In this document: positions 19,918 to 29,420 of the stretch, piece after piece
Numbering within the stretch: the first letter of the stretch is position 1
Layout: every line of letters begins with the position of its first letter
Origin: Clostridia bacterium
GTDB lineage: Bacteria > Bacillota > Clostridia > RGIG6154
DNA: 64,000 bases
Direction: 5' to 3'
NCBI GenBank assembly: GCA_017626145.1
Contig: JAGAJK010000060.1
Coordinates: 135,910-199,909, forward strand
Program-made: the position numbers and the translations under genes
Notes under the pieces: model-generated
What the model was told of the DNA's origin: nothing
Database searches by the model: none
What the model saw: the letters and a program-made list of their open reading frames with translations, nothing else

Positions 19918-20333
19918 AATGTGACCTCAGATATTGCAGTAAGTAGTTTTTCCAATATAGGCAAAGATAAATAAAGCAAAGTTACCTTTCCGGCAATATT
20001 AATCTTTATAGCCATTGCACTTTCACCTGCATCATTACATATTGCTGATGCAAATTCACAAAGGTAACTAATACCTATTATTTTAAATAGAATATTTATA
20101 TATAAAATATCAATGCCGATGCTTTGTGTAAGATTTTCTAAAAACAAATATGTATCTTTTAATAAATCTGAAATAGCAAAAAAAATTATAACTCCTGCTG
20201 CAATTGATATTTGTACTGCGAACTCTGGCTTGTATTGTTTTAATATAACTGATAATATCGTCACAGTAATACCTAAAAGTATTATTTTAAAAATATCCAT
20301 ATCAAAATCCAAAAGTTGTTTTAACTGTGTCAA
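19914..20333 (-). CDS. spoIIIAD: Stage III sporulation protein AD
   Basis: Small polytopic membrane protein; operon position. Confidence 0.75.
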   Translation of the reverse strand: MTQLKQLLDFDMDIFKIILLGITVTILSVILKQYKPEFAVQISIAAGVIIFFAISDLLKDTYLFLENLTQSIGIDILYINILFKIIGISYLCEFASAICNDAGESAMAIKINIAGKVTLLYLSLPILEKLLTAISEVTL

Positions 20334-20496
20334 ACAAATTATTTATTTGATTCACTATCATCATTAATACAACAATCAAACCCGCAAGTGTAGTCATCAT
20401 TGCTTGCTCATCACGACCGGATTTTACAAGTAATTGATTTAAAACTGCAACGAGAATTCCAACAGCAGCTATTTGAAATATTAAATCTACGTCCAT
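20302..20496 (-). CDS. spoIIIAC: Stage III sporulation protein AC
   Basis: 64-aa, two-TM protein. Begins MDVDLIFQIAAVGILVA, closely matching SpoIIIAC. Confidence 0.8.
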   Translation of the reverse strand: MDVDLIFQIAAVGILVAVLNQLLVKSGRDEQAMMTTLAGLIVVLMMIVNQINNLFDTVKTTFGF

Positions 20497-20507
20497 TAAA
20501 TTCTCCT

Positions 20508-21008
20508 TTATAAAACAAGAATAGCTATAAGAATCCCTGTTATAATCCCAACCTTTTCAATAAGTTTACCCTTGTTTTCATAATCATTTTTACATTTTTC
20601 AAAAACTGATGAAATTTTCTCTATGTAAGAATCTATTACGGCTATTTCGTTTTCTGTATCGCTTGTCCCTAATTGAGCACCTAAATCTTTTAATATAGTA
20701 AGTAGTTCATAATCAGTGCATTCGGAATTTTCAAAAAATATATCTCCTAATTTTAAAGACGGATTTTTGATAAGTAAATTACCAGAACTAACGAATAGAT
20801 TCCTGGCATTACCCGCAAATTCTGATGAATTAATTAACGCCTTCCCAAGTAAAGCTGAAAAAAACATAATTTCCGTCTTTAAGTGTTCTAATCCGTATAT
20901 TATTCCTTCAATATATTCACACGTGTTTTTCAGCTTTTTTTTCTTATCACGTGAAAGTTTTATGCAAACATAAATCAAAATAGAAATTCCAATCACTTTT
21001 ATAATCAT
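20508..21008 (-). CDS. spoIIIAB: Stage III sporulation protein AB
   Basis: Operon position and size (166 aa). Confidence 0.7.
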   Translation of the reverse strand: MIIKVIGISILIYVCIKLSRDKKKKLKNTCEYIEGIIYGLEHLKTEIMFFSALLGKALINSSEFAGNARNLFVSSGNLLIKNPSLKLGDIFFENSECTDYELLTILKDLGAQLGTSDTENEIAVIDSYIEKISSVFEKCKNDYENKGKLIEKVGIITGILIAILVL

Positions 21009-21844
21009 AATCGTGACACCTTATCAATGGTACCAACACCATTTTTCTTACTAAGTACAACGAAATCAGAAAATACTTTGTTTAAAACCAGTTCTGAAAA
21101 CTCAGGTCTTTTTAAATAATCATCTGTGGAAATTCCATGCATAGATGCAATAATTTTAACTCCGGATGCGGAAGCTGATTGGATTGAATAAGCATCCTCT
21201 TTAGTAGCAATTTCATCACAAATAATTACATCAGGATTCATAACTCTCAGCATAATTCTTATTCCGTCAGATTTTAAACATAAATTAATAGTATCGCATC
21301 TTAATCCACTGTCAAAAATACACCCTTTATCATTATAAGGGAATATTTCCCCACGTTCATCTATTACAGATACATTATATCCATTATTTGAAATAATTCG
21401 TGCTAAATCTCTCAGGTAAGTTGTCTTTCCACAACCTGGAGGTGAAATTATAAGAAGGTTTCTTAATTTATCCATTAATAAACTATAAATACCTTCACTT
21501 ATACCAATATATTGTTTTGCTATTCTTATATTTATTCCCGTTATATCCTTAATATGATATATTTCTCCATTTCTTATCACGCAAGTTCCTGAAAAACCAA
21601 CTCGATGACCACCGGAAATAGTAATGAATCCATTTTTTAAATTTTCCCTGACAGCGTAAACTGAGTGAGAGGTAAGCATTTTCACTACTTGTCCGAACAT
21701 CTCATCAGTGAGAATTTCAAAAATATATTCTTGATTCTCAGAAACAATAATATATGGTTTACCAAGACGTATTCTTATCTCTTGTATTGTTTTAAATTTA
21801 TGAATATTTTTTAGAATATACTCCGGTAAATAACTTTCAAGCAT
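21005..21844 (-). CDS. spoIIIAA: Stage III sporulation protein AA (secretion-type ATPase)
   Basis: Walker A PPGCGKTTYLRD. First gene of the operon. Start set at the ATG preceded by an AGGTGA RBS; the extended track ORF begins at a GTG three codons upstream. Confidence 0.85.
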   Translation of the reverse strand: MLESYLPEYILKNIHKFKTIQEIRIRLGKPYIIVSENQEYIFEILTDEMFGQVVKMLTSHSVYAVRENLKNGFITISGGHRVGFSGTCVIRNGEIYHIKDITGINIRIAKQYIGISEGIYSLLMDKLRNLLIISPPGCGKTTYLRDLARIISNNGYNVSVIDERGEIFPYNDKGCIFDSGLRCDTINLCLKSDGIRIMLRVMNPDVIICDEIATKEDAYSIQSASASGVKIIASMHGISTDDYLKRPEFSELVLNKVFSDFVVLSKKNGVGTIDKVSRL

Positions 21845-21897
21845 TTTTATCACCTAATACATTATATTAGTTAACATAAAATTTAGAACATAAAAAT

Positions 21898-21922
21898 AAG
21901 GCTACACTTTAAGTGTAGCCTT
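21898..21922 (-). terminator. Terminator of the AGCS transporter gene
   Basis: Perfect hairpin AAGGCTACAC-TTTA-GTGTAGCCTT flanked by A/T runs. Confidence 0.8.
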
Positions 21923-21945
21923 ATTAAAATAGTTAACTAAGTATA

Positions 21946-23487
21946 TTACTCATCAAGATTTGATTCGGCATCAGTTTGAATATCTTCAAAAGCAGAAAGC
22001 ATAGGCTTGATATCCTGTGGATTTTTAGAAATTTTTCTTTTAATATAGTTTCTGGTAATTGCCATAACTGTACCGGAAAGCATAATTACACCAATAAGGT
22101 TAGGAATCATCATAAGTCCGTTGAAGGTATCGGAAATATCCCATGCAAGTGAAGAAGTCAAAAGAGCACCAAACATAATCATAATAAGATGAATTACTTT
22201 ATAAACCTTAACAGTTTTCGTGCCAAAAAGGTATTCCCACGCTTTTGTTCCGTAATGATCCCATCCAAGTACAGTTGTAAAAGCAAAAAGCAGAATTGCT
22301 ATTGCTATAAATTTAGAACCGAGATTTCCCCAGCTGAATACACTATTGAATGCATCAGCAACCATAGTTGCATCGTTTGTATATGTACCGATAGGAGCAT
22401 ATAAATCTGCATAAACACCTGAAGTTAAAACCACAAGAGCTGTCATTGTACAAACTACCATAGTGTCTGCAAACACTTCGAAGATACCCCACATACCCTG
22501 CTTAACAGGTTCTTTAATATTAGAATTTGAGTGTACCATAACAGATGAACCCAAACCTGCTTCGTTTGAGAATACGCCTCTCTTGAATCCCTGAACCATA
22601 ACTTTTTTGATTATAGCACCGGTAACACCGCCGGCAACAGCAACAGGCTGAAATGCTGTTACAAATATTGCTTTAAGTGCAGGAATGATCATATCATAGT
22701 TAACTCCGATAATGATAATGCTACCTGCAACAAAAAGTACAACCATAAAAGGAACAACTTTTTCTGCAAACGATGCAATTCTCTTAAGTCCGCCTAAAAC
22801 GATAAGACCGGCAATAATAACAAGAATTACACCAATTACTACAGAATATACACTTACACCTTCATAAAGCTGAATATTTGCAAGTGCATCAATTCTAAAA
22901 GCTGATTCGATATTAACAACAATCTTATTGATCTGACCCATGGCACCGATACCGAAAGATGCAAGAAGAGTAAAGATTGAGAAAAGAATTGCAAGAATTT
23001 TACCAATCTGCTTCCAACCCTTCTTTGAACCTAAACCATCCTGAAGATAGTACATCGCACCACCAGACCATTCACCGTCTTTGTTCTTTCTACGGTAGTA
23101 AATACCAAGAACATTTTCGGAATAATTTGTCATCATACCGAAGAAAGCTGCAACCCACATCCAGAAAACAGCACCTGGACCACCAATACATATAGCAGCA
23201 GCAACACCGGCAATATTACCTACACCTATCGTTGCAGCAAGAGCTGTGCAAAGCGCCTGGAATGGAGATATTGAAGCTTTATCCTTTGAATGGCCAATAA
23301 CATCTTTGTTAAAAAGACTTCCTATTGTGTTTTTCCACCAATGTCCAATATGTGAAACTTGGAAAAACTTAGTGAGTACAGTGGTAAGTACACCTGTAAA
23401 AAGCAACAATGCAAGACCGAGCGTTGTCCACACGAATGTGTTTATAACATCATTGTATGTTGCAAGTGAATTGAAAAACTGATTCAT
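21946..23487 (-). CDS. Sodium:alanine (amino acid:cation) symporter, AGCS family
   Basis: Eleven to twelve TM segments with AGCS signature regions. Start moved to MNQFFNSL (ATG 23487), which follows an AAAGGGG RBS. Sits downstream of a glycine riboswitch. Confidence 0.88.
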   Translation of the reverse strand: MNQFFNSLATYNDVINTFVWTTLGLALLLFTGVLTTVLTKFFQVSHIGHWWKNTIGSLFNKDVIGHSKDKASISPFQALCTALAATIGVGNIAGVAAAICIGGPGAVFWMWVAAFFGMMTNYSENVLGIYYRRKNKDGEWSGGAMYYLQDGLGSKKGWKQIGKILAILFSIFTLLASFGIGAMGQINKIVVNIESAFRIDALANIQLYEGVSVYSVVIGVILVIIAGLIVLGGLKRIASFAEKVVPFMVVLFVAGSIIIIGVNYDMIIPALKAIFVTAFQPVAVAGGVTGAIIKKVMVQGFKRGVFSNEAGLGSSVMVHSNSNIKEPVKQGMWGIFEVFADTMVVCTMTALVVLTSGVYADLYAPIGTYTNDATMVADAFNSVFSWGNLGSKFIAIAILLFAFTTVLGWDHYGTKAWEYLFGTKTVKVYKVIHLIMIMFGALLTSSLAWDISDTFNGLMMIPNLIGVIMLSGTVMAITRNYIKRKISKNPQDIKPMLSAFEDIQTDAESNLDE

Positions 23488-23506
23488 GGTTCTAAAAACC
23501 CCTTTC

Positions 23507-23546
23507 AAAAAAATAATAAGAGTTAGGTATATATACCTAACTCTTT
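23507..23546 (-). terminator. Intrinsic terminator forming the expression platform of the glycine riboswitch
   Basis: Minus strand reads AGAGTTAGGTATAT/ATATACCTAACTCT, a perfect hairpin, then TATTATTTTTTT, immediately upstream of the transporter RBS. Confidence 0.7.
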
Positions 23547-23589
23547 CCACACAAGACAAAACACACCCGTCTGAAACGAATGTTGTTTC

Positions 23590-23750
23590 TACGTCCTTTT
23601 GCCTGAGAGATTAGGCATATTGCCTTTGCACCTTCGGCACTCCGTTTTTTGGAGCTTCTCCGTAGTGCTGTCCATATACGGTCCTCGACCTTTAAAGTCA
23701 CCTGAGAGTTTTACTCCTTCGGTCAGATATTGCTATCTGTTTCCCGCATA
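23590..23750 (-). promoter_or_regulatory. Glycine riboswitch (tandem aptamers; the distal one canonical, the proximal one divergent)
   Basis: Minus-strand aptamer 2: GGAGAAGCUCC...GCCGAAGGUGCAA...CUCUCAGGCAAAAGGAC. Aptamer 1: ACCGAAGGAGUAA...CUCUCAGGUGA...AGGUCGAGGAC. Both carry hallmark glycine-aptamer motifs. Located in the 5' UTR of an AGCS transporter, the classic context. Confidence 0.8.
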
Positions 23751-23770
23751 TTTCATACAGCTTTTATAAT

Positions 23771-23799
23771 ATAATACACTAAAAGTCGCAATTTGTCAA
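23771..23799 (-). promoter_or_regulatory. Sigma-A type promoter driving the riboswitch and transporter transcript (TTGACA-17-TATTAT)
   Basis: Minus strand reads cTTGACAaattgcgacttttagtgTATTAT. Confidence 0.55.
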
Positions 23800-23825
23800 G
23801 TGTTATATAAATTTTCTGAAAAAAT

Positions 23826-23849
23826 ACCACCGGCAACAATACCGGTGGC
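23826..23849 (-). terminator. Terminator of the secreted-protein gene
   Basis: CCACCGG-CAACAATA-CCGGTGG hairpin. Confidence 0.6.
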
Positions 23850-23879
23850 AAATAAACCAACTAATTTGAAATTAATTAA

Positions 23880-25379
23880 TTATTTAATTTCTCTTGCAAT
23901 GTAATACAATACATCTTCATCTTCAACTGAATCAAGACCAAGGTTTTCATTGCTGATTACGATAAGTTCGTTTTCTTCGTCCCAGAATACAAACTTACCA
24001 AATGCTTCTGAAATGGCACGAACAGGAACCATAGTTCTGTCTTGAATTGTTCTTGCAGCAACATCAAGTTGTTTTTCTTCCCCATTTACTGTATAAGTTG
24101 TTTCGTCAAGAGTCATAACAATAGTGTTACCGTCAAGTTCAATTGTAACTTCCTGAGTTGCATCTTCCCAACCAACCTTAGCACCAAAGCTTTCAGCAAC
24201 AAAACGAACTGGAACTAATGTTCTGCCATCAATAACAGTAGGAATAACATCAACGTCATTTTCATCAATCTGAACTACTTCACCATTAACAATAGCTGTC
24301 TCGTAATCAACCATAAGAATTACAGAAGACTTATAAATTTCATTTGCTGCATTTACGAGGAATGGTTCTTCTTCAATATAAACAGGTTTACTGTGTGTTA
24401 CAATATTATCTTCAGCATCCACAATGCAAGCTAAATAGAAATCAGTTGCGTACTGAGCTTCTGCTTCAATTTCATTACCTTCACCTAAATAATCAGGATA
24501 TACGCCTACACATTCGTAATTATTGCTGAATTCTTTTATAGCAGATTCATCAATTTCTGTGAGTTCTGTACCTACTTTCTTTACGCTGTGACGCCATGTG
24601 ATTTTATATGCATCCTCAGTTTCTTCACCAAATGAAATTAATGAATAATCTGTCTTAAGTTTATAACCATTTTCTGTATCAGCTGTTACAACAGGAGCAG
24701 TAGGAACAGAAGGAACTGCATCACCTGTGTATGCTGAAATTGAAGAACCCGCTGAAGCATAAACATTGAAATACTTGCCTTCAGTTACGGCTCCCTTATC
24801 GTCATCGCAAACGTTCATTACACAAACACCGTCAACAAATAAAACAATACATACACCTTCGTCGGTATTAACTGCACCTACACTAATACTTGCGTCAACA
24901 CCGTCTTTTATGTATTTGTTTTCAACAACATCAAGTATTACCTGGCCGCCGCCCCATCTTTGTAATTCAATTCGGTCAGACTTGATAACAAAAAGATATG
25001 CACCTGAATATGCGTTCCATGTTTTATCATTTGTTATAGAACTTCTAAGTGCAAGACCACTCCATGCAGATTTACCATCGGCACCAGTATACTTAAAATT
25101 AACATCATACTGTACAAGATTGTCTGCAAAGCTATCTTCAGTATAGGAAAATACTACCAATTCATCGTTCTCATTAATGATTTTACCATTTTTGAAAGTA
25201 AGATCTAATCCTTCAGGACCTTCCCATTTCTTCGTATCTTTGATATAATCACCAAGATTAACAGTCTCTACATCATAAACCTTTCTTTCTTCTGCAGTTT
25301 CTTCTGCTAATACACAAATTGATGATAAGAGTATCATGCAAGCGAGTATAACTGCAAAAAATTTTTTGCTAATTCTCAT
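23880..25379 (-). CDS. Secreted protein with an N-terminal ConA-like/3-keto-disaccharide-hydrolase-like domain and two C-terminal copper-amine-oxidase-N-terminal (stalk) domains
   Basis: Signal peptide KKFFAVILACMILLSSICVLA. Repeated segment ...GRTLVPVRFVAESFGAKVGWED / ...DRTMVPVRAISEAFG. Start set at the second ATG, 9 nt after AAGGAG. Confidence 0.6.
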   Translation of the reverse strand: MRISKKFFAVILACMILLSSICVLAEETAEERKVYDVETVNLGDYIKDTKKWEGPEGLDLTFKNGKIINENDELVVFSYTEDSFADNLVQYDVNFKYTGADGKSAWSGLALRSSITNDKTWNAYSGAYLFVIKSDRIELQRWGGGQVILDVVENKYIKDGVDASISVGAVNTDEGVCIVLFVDGVCVMNVCDDDKGAVTEGKYFNVYASAGSSISAYTGDAVPSVPTAPVVTADTENGYKLKTDYSLISFGEETEDAYKITWRHSVKKVGTELTEIDESAIKEFSNNYECVGVYPDYLGEGNEIEAEAQYATDFYLACIVDAEDNIVTHSKPVYIEEEPFLVNAANEIYKSSVILMVDYETAIVNGEVVQIDENDVDVIPTVIDGRTLVPVRFVAESFGAKVGWEDATQEVTIELDGNTIVMTLDETTYTVNGEEKQLDVAARTIQDRTMVPVRAISEAFGKFVFWDEENELIVISNENLGLDSVEDEDVLYYIAREIK

Positions 25380-25409
25380 ATTAGTCATCTCCTTATTTTT
25401 AGTAAGGTA

Positions 25410-25438
25410 ATTATATCATTATAAATAGGTTTTGTCAA
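25410..25438 (-). promoter_or_regulatory. Sigma-A type promoter for the secreted-protein gene (TTGACA-17-TATAAT)
   Basis: Minus strand reads TTGACAaaacctatttataatgaTATAAT. Confidence 0.5.
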
Positions 25439-25457
25439 TATTTGAAAAATTAATGTG

Positions 25458-25694
25458 TTAAAAGCAAAATTTTTTATTTTTTGTGAAATCATTGCCATAA
25501 ATGATATAATAAAAACTTCCTATTTTTGTTATACTACATAAATCTATATTGATAATATTGAAAAATTCATCTTTTCCCGGGTTGAATATATAAGCTTTAA
25601 GTTCTAATTCATCATTTCGAAAATAATAACATTTATCACTTGTTTTTTTTAGTTTAAAGCCTCTTATTTGTATAGCATTGTCATATTCAAACAT
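25458..25694 (-). CDS. Hypothetical small protein (78 aa)
   Basis: ORF with a GGTGA RBS 4 nt upstream of the ATG. No recognisable motif. Sits between the tsf terminator and the secreted-protein promoter. Confidence 0.35.
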   Translation of the reverse strand: MFEYDNAIQIRGFKLKKTSDKCYYFRNDELELKAYIFNPGKDEFFNIINIDLCSITKIGSFYYIIYGNDFTKNKKFCF

Positions 25695-25721
25695 ATTATC
25701 ACCAAATAATTTTATGCAAAA

Positions 25722-25748
25722 AAAGAAGTCCGTAGAACGGACTCCTTA
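25722..25748 (-). terminator. Terminator of tsf
   Basis: AGTCCGT-AGA-ACGGACT hairpin after an A-run. Confidence 0.65.
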
Positions 25749-25755
25749 AAAATAA

Positions 25756-26637
25756 TTATTTCATCATACTTGCAACTTCTTCAGCAAAATTATCTTCTTT
25801 CTTTTCAAGACCTTCGCCTTTTTCAAAACGAACAGTATCGATGAGCTTTACTCCCTTAGATTCAAGATATTTTGCTACCGACATACTGTCATCTTTAACG
25901 AATGCCTGTTCAAGCAAGCAGTTCTGTTCATAGAACTTATTAATCTTACCGCCAACCATCTTTTCAATAATCTGGTCTGGTTTGTTTGCATTCTTTGGGT
26001 CTTCCTTAATCTGAGCAATGATAATATTCTTTTCCTTTTCAACATCTTCAGCAGGAACTGAGTCTTTTGAAGTGTAAAGAGGATTGATAGCGGCAATATG
26101 CATAGCAACATCTCTTGCTGCAGTAGCATCTTCGCCTTCAAATTTAACCATTACGCCAATTCTGCCTTCACCATGAATGTAAGCAGCAACGCTTCCATCA
26201 AAACGTGCAAATCTTCTGATATTGATATTTTCACCAATAGTTGTGATCTTTTCATTAAGCATTTCTCCAACATTTAAGTTAGAACCTGTATAAGGTAATG
26301 CTTTTAATGCATCAACATCTGCAGGATTTTCTTTAGCAACAATTTCGGCTAAGTCAGCAACGAAACTTTTAAATTCTGGGTTCTTACCAACAAAGTCAGT
26401 TTCTGAATTTACTTCAATAATTGAAGCTACAGATGCATCATCAGCTACATATGAACCAACAATACCTTCAGCAGCGATTCTACCTGCTTTCTTTGCAGCT
26501 TTTGCAAGACCTTTTTCTCTAAGAATTTCAATAGCTTTTTCCATATCGCCTGATGCATCTGTAAGAGCCTTCTTACAATCCATCATTCCGCAACCTGTTC
26601 TTTCTCTGAGTTCTTTAACATCCTGAGCTGTAAACAT
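25756..26637 (-). CDS. tsf: Elongation factor Ts
   Basis: N-terminal UBA-like segment VKELRERTGCGMMDCKKAL. Full-length EF-Ts. Downstream of rpsB. Confidence 0.93.
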   Translation of the reverse strand: MFTAQDVKELRERTGCGMMDCKKALTDASGDMEKAIEILREKGLAKAAKKAGRIAAEGIVGSYVADDASVASIIEVNSETDFVGKNPEFKSFVADLAEIVAKENPADVDALKALPYTGSNLNVGEMLNEKITTIGENINIRRFARFDGSVAAYIHGEGRIGVMVKFEGEDATAARDVAMHIAAINPLYTSKDSVPAEDVEKEKNIIIAQIKEDPKNANKPDQIIEKMVGGKINKFYEQNCLLEQAFVKDDSMSVAKYLESKGVKLIDTVRFEKGEGLEKKEDNFAEEVASMMK

Positions 26638-26660
26638 AGTTTAATTCCTCCTATTAAGTA

Positions 26661-27389
26661 TTATTCCTGTGTTTCTTCTACTTCATCGTCAGCAACAGCA
26701 AAAGATTCGCCCTGCTTACCTTCAAGAATAGCATTAGCAATTGTTGAAGCAATAAGTTTAACTGCTCTGATAGCATCGTCATTACCTGGAATAGGATAAT
26801 CAACTTCTTCAGGGTCACAGTTAGTATCAACGATCGCTACAACAGGAATATTAAGCTTATGTGCTTCTGAAATAGCAATTTTTTCCTTTTTAGGATCTAC
26901 AACGAACATACAAGCAGGAATTTCTTTCATATCTTTAATACCGCCAAGATACTTTTCGAGTTTTTCTGCTTCTTTGTTAAGGTTAATTACTTCTTTCTTT
27001 GGAAGAAGTTCAAATAAACCTTCATCTTCCATCTTCTTTAACTGAATCAATCTTGCAATTCTCTTTTTAATAGTATTGAAGTTTGTGAGCATACCACCAA
27101 GCCATCTTGCATTAACATAATACATTCCAACTCTTTCTGCTTCTTCTTTAATTGATTCCTGAGCCTGCTTCTTTGTACCAACAAAAAGAACTTCGCCGCC
27201 ATCTGCAGCAATCTGTCTAACAAAGTCATAAGCTTCTTCTACCTTTTTTGCAGTTTTCTGCAAATCGATGATGTAAATTCCGTTTCTTTCAGCAAAAATA
27301 TATTCTGCCATCTTAGGATTCCATCTTCTTGTCTGATGTCCGAAATGAACACCTGCTTCCAGTAACTGTTTCATTGAAATTACTGACAT
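26661..27389 (-). CDS. rpsB: 30S ribosomal protein S2
   Basis: [22 protein letters not shown] is the canonical S2 N-terminus. Confidence 0.93.
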   Translation of the reverse strand: MSVISMKQLLEAGVHFGHQTRRWNPKMAEYIFAERNGIYIIDLQKTAKKVEEAYDFVRQIAADGGEVLFVGTKKQAQESIKEEAERVGMYYVNARWLGGMLTNFNTIKKRIARLIQLKKMEDEGLFELLPKKEVINLNKEAEKLEKYLGGIKDMKEIPACMFVVDPKKEKIAISEAHKLNIPVVAIVDTNCDPEEVDYPIPGNDDAIRAVKLIASTIANAILEGKQGESFAVADDEVEETQE

Positions 27390-27542
27390 TTTAAAACACC
27401 TCCGTGGTTATTTACCTCCATACTGCCTTGAATTTTACCAAATATCTTAAACTAGACACCACCGGCAAACAGTATGTGCGTATTTAATCGCCATAATAGT
27501 TTATCATAATTTTGTTAAAAAATCAAGAGTTTTTTTAAAAAA

Positions 27543-27569
27543 ATGCGGATAAATTTAATTTATCCGCAT
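27543..27569 (-). terminator. Terminator of pckG
   Basis: ATGCGGATAAATT-T-AATTTATCCGCAT: perfect 13-bp hairpin. Confidence 0.75.
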
Positions 27570-27574
27570 AAAAA

Positions 27575-29344
27575 TTATTTATTAAGGTTTCTTTCGAGAA
27601 TTTCAAGCTGATTCTTAATTTCACTTGGAAGTCTGTCGCCAAACTGTGCAAAATATTCTTTCTGATCCTTAACATCTTCCATCCATACATCCTTATCAAC
27701 ACTTAAAAGTTCATTGAGAACTTCAGGAGTGATATCAAGGTCTGTTGTATCAATTGCACCTTCAGTTGGAAGGTAACCAATTGCACTTTCAACTGCATCT
27801 GCTTTACCTTCGCATCTGTCAAGAATCCAAAGAAGAACTCTCATGTTATCACCAAATCCAGGCCACATAAAGTTACCTTCTTCATCCTGTCTAAACCAGT
27901 TAACATGGAAAATCTTAGGAGCTTTATCTGCATCCATTTTAGTTCCCATTTCAAGCCAATGAGCAAAGTAATCTGCCATATTGTAACCAACAAAAGGCTT
28001 CATAGCCATAGGATCACGTCTTACAACACCTACAGCACCTGCAGCAGCTGCTGTTGTTTCAGAAGCCATTGTTGCACCAACAAATACACCATGATTCCAG
28101 TCACGTGCCTGATATACCAATGGAGCAGTTTTTGCTCTTCTACCACCAAATACAATAGCGGAAATAGGTACACCCTGTGGGTTTTCAAATTCACTTGAAA
28201 TACAAGGACAATTTACAGCAGGAGCAGTAAATCTTGAATTAGGATGAGCAAGCTTACCATCAAATGTTTTTCCGTTAACCTGTTTACCGGTCCATTCTGT
28301 GCAATTTTCAGGTGGATTCTTATCAAGACCTTCCCACCAAACAGTGTTATCATCATTGTTGATAGCTACATTAGTGAAAATGGTATTTTTCTTTGTTGCA
28401 GCAAGAGCATTAAAGTTGGTTTTTTCACTTGTTCCGGGAGCAACACCAAAGAAGCCTGCTTCAGGATTAATAGCATAAAGTCTTCCATCAGGACCAATTC
28501 TGAGCCATGAAATATCATCACCAACAGTCCATACTTTATAACCTTTTTTCTTTAAGTACTCAGGTGGAATAAGCATTGCAAGATTAGTTTTACCGCAAGC
28601 TGAAGGAAAAGCAGCACAGATATACTTAACTTCTCCTTGTGGATTTTCAAGGCCGAGAATAAGCATATGTTCAGCCATCCAGCCTTCCTTCATACCAAGA
28701 TATGAAGCAATTCTTAAAGCAAAGCATTTTTTACCTAAAAGAACATTTCCACCATAAGCCGAGTTAATAGACCAAATTGTTGAATCTTGTGGAAACTGAA
28801 CAATATATCTCTCTTCAGGATCAACATCTTTCTTTGCATGGAGACATTTAACGAAATCAGCATTATCACCTAAAGCGTCTATAACAGCTTTTCCTGTTCT
28901 TGTCATAATCGCCATATTTAATACAACATAAATGCTGTCTGTAAGTTCTATACCGATTTTTGAAAATGGTGACCCTACAGGCCCCATAGAATACGGAATA
29001 ACATACATTGTTCTTCCAATCATAGAACCAGCATAAAGTTTTTTGAGTTTTGCATACATTTCAACAGGATCCATCCAGTTATTGATAGGGCCTGCTTCTT
29101 CTTTGGTAGGAGTACATATAAAAGTTCTGTCTTCTACACGTGCAACATCGTTTTCGGCAGTTCTGTGATAATAGCAACCGGGAAGTTTTTCCTGATTTAA
29201 TTTAATCATTTCTCCTGTGGATACAGCTTCAGCTCTTAATGCTTCAAGTTGAGCTTCTGAACCATCAATCCATACTACCTGATCCGGTTTAGTCATATCT
29301 GTCATTTCTCTAAGCCAATCAAGTACCACTTTATTATTTGTCAT
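27575..29344 (-). CDS. pckG: Phosphoenolpyruvate carboxykinase (GTP-dependent)
   Basis: Kinase-1a motif FPSACGKTN. Full-length similarity to GTP-PEPCK (589 aa). Confidence 0.9.
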   Translation of the reverse strand: MTNNKVVLDWLREMTDMTKPDQVVWIDGSEAQLEALRAEAVSTGEMIKLNQEKLPGCYYHRTAENDVARVEDRTFICTPTKEEAGPINNWMDPVEMYAKLKKLYAGSMIGRTMYVIPYSMGPVGSPFSKIGIELTDSIYVVLNMAIMTRTGKAVIDALGDNADFVKCLHAKKDVDPEERYIVQFPQDSTIWSINSAYGGNVLLGKKCFALRIASYLGMKEGWMAEHMLILGLENPQGEVKYICAAFPSACGKTNLAMLIPPEYLKKKGYKVWTVGDDISWLRIGPDGRLYAINPEAGFFGVAPGTSEKTNFNALAATKKNTIFTNVAINNDDNTVWWEGLDKNPPENCTEWTGKQVNGKTFDGKLAHPNSRFTAPAVNCPCISSEFENPQGVPISAIVFGGRRAKTAPLVYQARDWNHGVFVGATMASETTAAAAGAVGVVRRDPMAMKPFVGYNMADYFAHWLEMGTKMDADKAPKIFHVNWFRQDEEGNFMWPGFGDNMRVLLWILDRCEGKADAVESAIGYLPTEGAIDTTDLDITPEVLNELLSVDKDVWMEDVKDQKEYFAQFGDRLPSEIKNQLEILERNLNK

Positions 29345-29420
29345 AAAGATTTCCTCCTTAAATAATTATCTAAAATTTCACCCTATTTCAATTTATTCTA
29401 TATTTCTTCATTATTTCCTT

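Noticed and set aside
21854-21945. Sporulation sigma-factor (SigE/SigG) promoter upstream of spoIIIAA.
   Set aside because: Only a weak sigma-A-like TATAAT was seen. No convincing match to SigE (ATATT...CATACA-T) or SigG consensus could be made by eye, so no promoter feature was called.
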